This document shows positions 55,601-64,000 of a DNA stretch of 64,000 nt, piece by piece. The notes below the pieces were generated by a model. It was not told where the DNA came from, did not search any database, and saw only the letters and a list, made by a program, of their open reading frames with translations. How positions within the stretch are numbered: the stretch's first letter is position 1; each line of letters begins with the position of its first letter. Both the position numbers and the translations under genes were made by a program. This DNA comes from Eledone cirrhosa (Eukaryota): positions 62,001 to 126,000 of the forward strand of contig CAXHJY010000346.1 in assembly GCA_964016885.1 (NCBI GenBank), read 5' to 3'.

Positions 55601-58600
55601 TTCACGCCACACATAGCCAATGAGTGTCTGCACATGTACCAGTAATTACAGATCGATCCGACCACGGGCGGCCGGCCCGCGATTGAAAAGGTAACTCCGC
55701 CGGCAAATCGTCATTTTTGGATTCGTTTTCTTCGAAGCACACCATTCGCCGGCGGACTTTGCTGACGTTTAACACGGTTTGGTTCCACAGCCACAACTAT
55801 TGATTTTACGGAGATATCTTGCTGAAATTCACGCCACCCATAGCCAATGAGTGTCTGCACATGCTACCAGTAATTACAGATCGATCCGACCACGGGCGGC
55901 CGGCCCGCGATTGAAAAGGTAACTCCGCCGGCAAATCGTCATTTTTGGATTCGTTTTCTTCGAAGCACACCATTCGCCGGCGGACTTTGCTGACGTTTAA
56001 CACGGTTTGGTTCCACAACCACAACTATTGATTTTACGGAGATATCTTGCTGAAATTCACGCCACACATAGCCAATGAGTGTCTGCACATGTACCAGTAA
56101 TTACAGATCGATCCGACCACGGGCGGCCGGCCCGCGATTGAAAAGGTAACTCCGCCGGCAAATCGTCATTTTTGGATTCGTTTTCTTCGAAGCACACCAT
56201 TCGCCGGCGGACTTTGCTGACGTTTAACACGGTTTGGTTCCACAACCACAACTATTGATTTTACGGAGATATCTTGCTGAAATTCACGCCACACATAGCC
56301 AATGAGTGTCTGCACATGTACCAGTAATTACAGATCGATCCGACCACGGGCGGCCGGCCCGCGATTGAAAAGGTAACTCCGCCGGCAAATCGTCATTTTT
56401 GGATTCGTTTTCTTCGAAGCACACCATTCGCCGGCGGACTTTGTTGACGTTTAACACGGTTTGGTTCCACAGCCACAACTATTGATTTTACGGAGATATC
56501 TTGCTGAAATTCACGCCACCCATAGCCAATGAGTGTCTGCACATGTACCAGTAATTACAGATCGATCCGACCACGGGCGGCCGGCCCGCGATTGAAAAGG
56601 TAACTCCGCCGGCAAATCGTCATTTTTGGATTCGTTTTCTTCGAAGCACACCATTCGCCGGCGGACTTTGCTGACGTTTAACACGGTTTGGTTCCACAGC
56701 CACAACTATTGATTTTACGGAGATATCTTGCTGAAATTCACGCCACACATAGCCAATGAGTGTCTGCACATGTACCAGTAATTACAGATCGATCCGACCA
56801 CGGGCGGCCGGCCCGCGATTGAAAAGGTAACTCCGCCGGCAAATCGTCATTTTTGGATTCGTTTTCTTCGAAGCACACCATTCGCCGGCGGACTTTGTTG
56901 ACGTTTAACACGGTTTGGTTCCACAGCCACAACTATTGATTTTACGGAGATATCTTGCTGAAATTCACGCCACCCATAGCCAATGAGTGTCTGCACATGT
57001 ACCAGTAATTACAGATCGATCCGACCACGGGCGGCCGGCCCGCGATTGGAAAGGTAACTCCGCCGGCAAATCGTCATTTTTGGATTCGTTTTCTTCGAAG
57101 CACACCATTCGCCGGCGGACTTTGCTGACGTTTAACACGGTTTGGTTCCACAGCCACAACTATTGATTTTACGGAGATATCTTGCTGAAATTCACGCCAC
57201 ACATAGCCAATGAGTGTCTGCACATGTACCAGTAATTACAGATCGATCCGACCACGGGCGGCCGGCCCGCGATTGAAAAGGTAACTCCGCCGGCAAATCG
57301 TCATTTTTGGATTCGTTTTCTTCGAAGCACACCATTTGCCGGCGGACTTTGCTGACGTTTAACACGGTTTGGTTCCACAGCCACAACTATTGATTTTACG
57401 GAGATATCTTGCTGGAATTCACGCCACACATAGCCAATGAGTGTCTGCACATGTACCAGTAATTACAGATCGATCCGACCACGGGCGGCCGGCCCGCGAT
57501 TGAAAAGGTAACTCCGCCGGCAAATCGTCATTTTTGGATTCGTTTTCTTCGAAGCACACCATTCGCCGGCGGACTTTGTTGACGTTTAACACGGTTTGGT
57601 TCCACAGCCACAACTATTGATTTTACGGAGATATCTTGCTGAAATTCACGCCACCCATAGCCAATGAGTGTCTGCACATGTACCAGTAATTACAGATCGA
57701 TCCGACCACGGGCGGCCGGCCCGCGATTGAAAAGGTAACTCCGCCGGCAAATCGTCATTTTTGGATTCGTTTTCTTCGAAGCACACCATTCGCCGGCGGA
57801 CTTTGCTGACGTTTAACACGGTTTGGTTCCACAACCACAACTATTGATTTTACGGAGATATCTTGCTGAAATTCACGCCACACATAGCCAATGAGTGTCT
57901 GCACATGTACCAGTAATTACAGATCGATCCGACCACGGGCGGCCGGCCCGCGATTGAAAAGGTAACTCCGCCGGCAAATCGTCATTTTTGGATTCGTTTT
58001 CTTCGAAGCACACCATTCGCCGGCGGACTTTGCTGACGTTTAACACGGTTTGGTTCCACAACCACAACTATTGATTTTACGGAGATATCTTGCTGAAATT
58101 CACGCCACACATAGCCAATGAGTGTCTGCACATGTACCAGTAATTACAGATCGATCCGACCACGGGCGGCCGGCCCGCGATTGAAAAGGTAACTCCGCCG
58201 GCAAATCGTCATTTTTGGATTCGTTTTCTTCGAAGCACACCATTCGCCGGCGGACTTTGTTGACGTTTAACACGGTTTGGTTCCACAGCCACAACTATTG
58301 ATTTTACGGAGATATCTTGCTGAAATTCACGCCACCCATAGCCAATGAGTGTCTGCACATGTACCAGTAATTACAGATCGATCCGACCACGGGCGGCCGG
58401 CCCGCGATTGAAAAGGTAACTCCGCCGGCAAATCGTCATTTTTGGATTCGTTTTCTTCGAAGCACACCATTCGCCGGCGGACTTTGCTGACGTTTAACAC
58501 GGTTTGGTTCCACAACCACAACTATTGATTTTACGGAGATATCTTGCTGAAATTCACGCCACACATAGCCAATGAGTGTCTGCACATGTACCAGTAATTA

Positions 58601-59007
58601 CAGATCGATCCGACCACGGGCGGCCGGCCCGCGATTGAAAAGGTAACTCCGCCGGCAAATCGTCATTTTTGGATTCGTTTTCTTCGAAGCACACCATTCG
58701 CCGGCGGACTTTGCTGACGTTTAACACGGTTTGGTTCCACAACCACAACTATTGATTTTACGGAGATATCTTGCTGAAATTCACGCCACACATAGCCAAT
58801 GAGTGTCTGCACATGTACCAGTAATTACAGATCGATCCGACCACGGGCGGCCGGCCCGCGATTGAAAAGGTAACTCCGCCGGCAAATCGTCATTTTTGGA
58901 TTCGTTTTCTTCGAAGCACACCATTCGCCGGCGGACTTTGCTGACGTTTAACACGGTTTGGTTCCACAGCCACAACTATTGATTTTACGGAGATATCTTG
59001 CTGAAAT
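52652..59007. repeat. Higher-order repeat: tandem 14-monomer duplication, with a third 13-monomer copy at 60597-63547
   Basis: a72g/c133t monomer pairs at 53787/54014, 56965/57192 and 61732/61959, with the same flanking variant order. Confidence 0.8.
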
Positions 59008-62000
59008 TCACGCCACCCATAGCCAATGAGTGTCTGCACATCTACCAGTAATTACAGATCGATCCGACCACGGGCGGCCGGCCCGCGATTGAAAAGGTAA
59101 CTCCGCCGGCAAATCGTCATTTTTGGATTCGTTTTCTTCGAAGCACACCATTCGCCGGCGGACTTTGCTGACGTTTAACACGGTTTGGTTCCACAGCCAC
59201 AACTATTGATTTTACGGAGATATCTTGCTGAAATTCACGCCACACATAGCCAATGAGTGTCTGCACATGTACCAGTAATTACAGATCGATCCGACCACGG
59301 GCGGCCGGCCCGCGATTGAAAAGGTAACTCCGCCGGCAAATCGTCATTTTTGGATTCGTTTTCTTCGAAGCACACCATTCGCCGGCGGACTTTGTTGACG
59401 TTTAACACGGTTTGGTTCCACAGCCACAACTATTGATTTTACGGAGATATCTTGCTGAAATTCACGCCACCCATAGCCAATGAGTGTCTGCACATGTACC
59501 AGTAATTACAGATCGATCCGACCACGGGCGGCCGGCCCGCGATTGGAAAGGTAACTCCGCCGGCAAATCGTCATTTTTGGATTCGTTTTCTTCGAAGCAC
59601 ACCATTCGCCGGCGGACTTTGCTGACGTTTAACACGGTTTGGTTCCACAGCCACAACTATTGATTTTACGGAGATATCTTGCTGAAATTCACGCCACACA
59701 TAGCCAATGAGTGTCTGCACATGTACCAGTAATTACAGATCGATCCGACCACGGGCGGCCGGCCCGCGATTGAAAAGGTAACTCCGCCGGCAAATCGTCA
59801 TTTTTGGATTCGTTTTCTTCGAAGCACACCATTTGCCGGCGGACTTTGCTGACGTTTAACACGGTTTGGTTCCACAGCCACAACTATTGATTTTACGGAG
59901 ATATCTTGCTGGAATTCACGCCACACATAGCCAATGAGTGTCTGCACATGTACCAGTAATTACAGATCGATCCGACCACGGGCGGCCGGCCCGCGATTGA
60001 AAAGGTAACTCCGCCGGCAAATCGTCATTTTTGGATTCGTTTTCTTCGAAGCACACCATTCGCCGGCGGACTTTGTTGACGTTTAACACGGTTTGGTTCC
60101 ACAGCCACAACTATTGATTTTACGGAGATATCTTGCTGAAATTCACGCCACCCATAGCCAATGAGTGTCTGCACATGTACCAGTAATTACAGATCGATCC
60201 GACCACGGGCGGCCGGCCCGCGATTGAAAAGGTAACTCCGCCGGCAAATCGTCATTTTTGGATTCGTTTTCTTCGAAGCACACCATTCGCCGGCGGACTT
60301 TGCTGACGTTTAACACGGTTTGGTTCCACAACCACAACTATTGATTTTACGGAGATATCTTGCTGAAATTCACGCCACACATAGCCAATGAGTGTCTGCA
60401 CATGTACCAGTAATTACAGATCGATCCGACCACGGGCGGCCGGCCCGCGATTGAAAAGGTAACTCCGCCGGCAAATCGTCATTTTTGGATTCGTTTTCTT
60501 CGAAGCACACCATTCGCCGGCGGACTTTGTTGACGTTTAACACGGTTTGGTTCCACAGCCACAACTATTGATTTTACGGAGATATCTTGCTGAAATTCAC
60601 GCCACCCATAGCCAATGAGTGTCTGCACATGTACCAGTAATTACAGATCGATCCGACCACGGGCGGCCGGCCCGCGATTGAAAAGGTAACTCCGCCGGCA
60701 AATCGTCATTTTTGGATTCGTTTTCTTCGAAGCACACCATTCGCCGGCGGACTTTGCTGACGTTTAACACGGTTTGGTTCCACAACCACAACTATTGATT
60801 TTACGGAGATATCTTGCTGAAATTCACGCCACACATAGCCAATGAGTGTCTGCACATGTACCAGTAATTACAGATCGATCCGACCACGGGCGGCCGGCCC
60901 GCGATTGAAAAGGTAACTCCGCCGGCAAATCGTCATTTTTGGATTCGTTTTCTTCGAAGCACACCATTCGCCGGCGGACTTTGCTGACGTTTAACACGGT
61001 TTGGTTCCACAACCACAACTATTGATTTTACGGAGATATCTTGCTGAAATTCACGCCACACATAGCCAATGAGTGTCTGCACATGTACCAGTAATTACAG
61101 ATCGATCCGACCACGGGCGGCCGGCCCGCGATTGAAAAGGTAACTCCGCCGGCAAATCGTCATTTTTGGATTCGTTTTCTTCGAAGCACACCATTCGCCG
61201 GCGGACTTTGTTGACGTTTAACACGGTTTGGTTCCACAGCCACAACTATTGATTTTACGGAGATATCTTGCTGAAATTCACGCCACCCATAGCCAATGAG
61301 TGTCTGCACATGTACCAGTAATTACAGATCGATCCGACCACGGGCGGCCGGCCCGCGATTGAAAAGGTAACTCCGCCGGCAAATCGTCATTTTTGGATTC
61401 GTTTTCTTCGAAGCACACCATTCGCCGGCGGACTTTGCTGACGTTTAACACGGTTTGGTTCCACAGCCACAACTATTGATTTTACGGAGATATCTTGCTG
61501 AAATTCACGCCACACATAGCCAATGAGTGTCTGCACATGTACCAGTAATTACAGATCGATCCGACCACGGGCGGCCGGCCCGCGATTGAAAAGGTAACTC
61601 CGCCGGCAAATCGTCATTTTTGGATTCGTTTTCTTCGAAGCACACCATTCGCCGGCGGACTTTGTTGACGTTTAACACGGTTTGGTTCCACAGCCACAAC
61701 TATTGATTTTACGGAGATATCTTGCTGAAATTCACGCCACCCATAGCCAATGAGTGTCTGCACATGTACCAGTAATTACAGATCGATCCGACCACGGGCG
61801 GCCGGCCCGCGATTGGAAAGGTAACTCCGCCGGCAAATCGTCATTTTTGGATTCGTTTTCTTCGAAGCACACCATTCGCCGGCGGACTTTGCTGACGTTT
61901 AACACGGTTTGGTTCCACAGCCACAACTATTGATTTTACGGAGATATCTTGCTGAAATTCACGCCACACATAGCCAATGAGTGTCTGCACATCTACCAGT

Positions 62001-64000
62001 AATTACAGATCGATCCGACCACGGGCGGCCGGCCCGCGATTGAAAAGGTAACTCCGCCGGCAAATCGTCATTTTTGGATTCGTTTTCTTCGAAGCACACC
62101 ATTTGCCGGCGGACTTTGCTGACGTTTAACACGGTTTGGTTCCACAGCCACAACTATTGATTTTACGGAGATATCTTGCTGGAATTCACGCCACACATAG
62201 CCAATGAGTGTCTGCACATGTACCAGTAATTACAGATCGATCCGACCACGGGCGGCCGGCCCGCGATTGAAAAGGTAACTCCGCCGGCAAATCGTCATTT
62301 TTGGATTCGTTTTCTTCGAAGCACACCATTCGCCGGCGGACTTTGTTGACGTTTAACACGGTTTGGTTCCACAGCCACAACTATTGATTTTACGGAGATA
62401 TCTTGCTGAAATTCACGCCACCCATAGCCAATGAGTGTCTGCACATGTACCAGTAATTACAGATCGATCCGACCACGGGCGGCCGGCCCGCGATTGAAAA
62501 GGTAACTCCGCCGGCAAATCGTCATTTTTGGATTCGTTTTCTTCGAAGCACACCATTCGCCGGCGGACTTTGCTGACGTTTAACACGGTTTGGTTCCACA
62601 ACCACAACTATTGATTTTACGGAGATATCTTGCTGAAATTCACGCCACACATAGCCAATGAGTGTCTGCACATGTACCAGTAATTACAGATCGATCCGAC
62701 CACGGGCGGCCGGCCCGCGATTGAAAAGGTAACTCCGCCGGCAAATCGTCATTTTTGGATTCGTTTTCTTCGAAGCACACCATTCGCCGGCGGACTTTGC
62801 TGACGTTTAACACGGTTTGGTTCCACAACCACAACTATTGATTTTACGGAGATATCTTGCTGAAATTCACGCCACACATAGCCAATGAGTGTCTGCACAT
62901 GTACCAGTAATTACAGATCGATCCGACCACGGGCGGCCGGCCCGCGATTGAAAAGGTAACTCCGCCGGCAAATCGTCATTTTTGGATTCGTTTTCTTCGA
63001 AGCACACCATTCGCCGGCGGACTTTGTTGACGTTTAACACGGTTTGGTTCCACAGCCACAACTATTGATTTTACGGAGATATCTTGCTGAAATTCACGCC
63101 ACCCATAGCCAATGAGTGTCTGCACATGTACCAGTAATTACAGATCGATCCGACCACGGGCGGCCGGCCCGCGATTGAAAAGGTAACTCCGCCGGCAAAT
63201 CGTCATTTTTGGATTCGTTTTCTTCGAAGCACACCATTCGCCGGCGGACTTTGCTGACGTTTAACACGGTTTGGTTCCACAACCACAACTATTGATTTTA
63301 CGGAGATATCTTGCTGAAATTCACGCCACACATAGCCAATGAGTGTCTGCACATGTACCAGTAATTACAGATCGATCCGACCACGGGCGGCCGGCCCGCG
63401 ATTGAAAAGGTAACTCCGCCGGCAAATCGTCATTTTTGGATTCGTTTTCTTCGAAGCACACCATTCGCCGGCGGACTTTGCTGACGTTTAACACGGTTTG
63501 GTTCCACAACCACAACTATTGATTTTACGGAGATATCTTGCTGAAATTCACGCCACACATAGCCAATGAGTGTCTGCACATGTACCAGTAATTACAGATC
63601 GATCCGACCACGGGCGGCCGGCCCGCGATTGAAAAGGTAACTCCGCCGGCAAATCGTCATTTTTGGATTCGTTTTCTTCGAAGCACACCATTCGCCGGCG
63701 GACTTTGTTGACGTTTAACACGGTTTGGTTCCACAGCCACAACTATTGATTTTACGGAGATATCTTGCTGAAATTCACGCCACCCATAGCCAATGAGTGT
63801 CTGCACATGTACCAGTAATTACAGATCGATCCGACCACGGGCGGCCGGCCCGCGATTGAAAAGGTAACTCCGCCGGCAAATCGTCATTTTTGGATTCGTT
63901 TTCTTCGAAGCACACCATTCGCCGGCGGATTTTGCTGACGTTTAACACGGTTTGGTTCCACAGCCACAACTATTGATTTTACGGAGATATCTTGCTGAAA

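Larger units (their letters stand above)
1..64000. repeat. Tandem satellite array, 227-bp monomer, ~282 copies, running off both ends of the window
   Basis: Bases 1-227 (agccaatgag...cacgccacccat) restart at 228 and recur to the end. The ORF track shows a 227-bp period, shifted only by six 1-bp indels (~3068, ~23678, ~32305, ~42522, ~54731, 55864). All copies are in the same orientation with no intervening unique sequence. Confidence 0.99.

Noticed and set aside
2939-56024. Odd-length ORFs (85 aa at 2939, 60 aa at 42456, 103 aa at 54577, 72 aa at 55806)
   Set aside because: Each is created by a single 1-bp indel fusing frames of the repeat (~3068, ~42522, ~54731, 55864). These may be sequencing errors.
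215-63969. About 275 copies of a 64-aa minus-strand ORF (MWLWNQTV...) as a tandem gene family
   Set aside because: It has a TTG start, only 32 bp between copies and no recognisable domain. Most recurrent variants are nonsynonymous, and stop or frameshift alleles are tolerated and even duplicated (23150/31777, 23678/32305, 37817). This fits a chance ORF in a satellite.
1-64000. CRISPR array or a repeat-spacer information store
   Set aside because: There are no unique spacers. The whole 227 bp is repeated, variation is limited to shared SNPs explained by duplication history, and there are no cas genes.
1-64000. Rolling-circle or PCR concatemer artefact, or synthetic polylinker array (FseI, EagI, ClaI, EcoRV, BstBI sites)
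   Set aside because: Variants are shared in nested, hierarchical blocks as expected from genomic evolution, not random errors on a single template, and no vector sequence is present. The exact copy number could still be mis-assembled.

Overview
The whole 64 kb window is one uninterrupted head-to-tail tandem array of a 227-bp monomer (64000/227, about 282 copies). By hand count of monomer 1 it is about 49% GC with 19 CpG, and copies differ at only a handful of sites. I see no unique sequence, no transposon and no credible protein gene; the repeated 64-aa minus-strand ORFs are by-products of the repeat. It most resembles a young, highly homogenised eukaryotic satellite DNA, possibly centromeric or pericentromeric, though I cannot name the family or organism. 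Monomer positions below are numbered from window base 1. About ten recurrent variants (22 g/c, 43 t/c, 62 c/g, 71 g/t, 72 a/g, 133 c/t, 137 g/a, 148 c/t, 176 g/a, 211 a/g, 224 a/c/t) act as barcodes. They reveal nested, irregular higher-order repeats: 6-, 9-, 12-, 14- and 25-mer tandem duplications, and blocks copied 35-38 monomers apart. The monomer is rich in dyad symmetry, and many polymorphic sites sit at mismatches of imperfect hairpins. Each unit also carries an AG|GTAA donor-like site followed by an Sm-like ATTTTTGG, which raises a speculative spliced-leader/small-RNA array hypothesis. No new biological system can be claimed from sequence alone.
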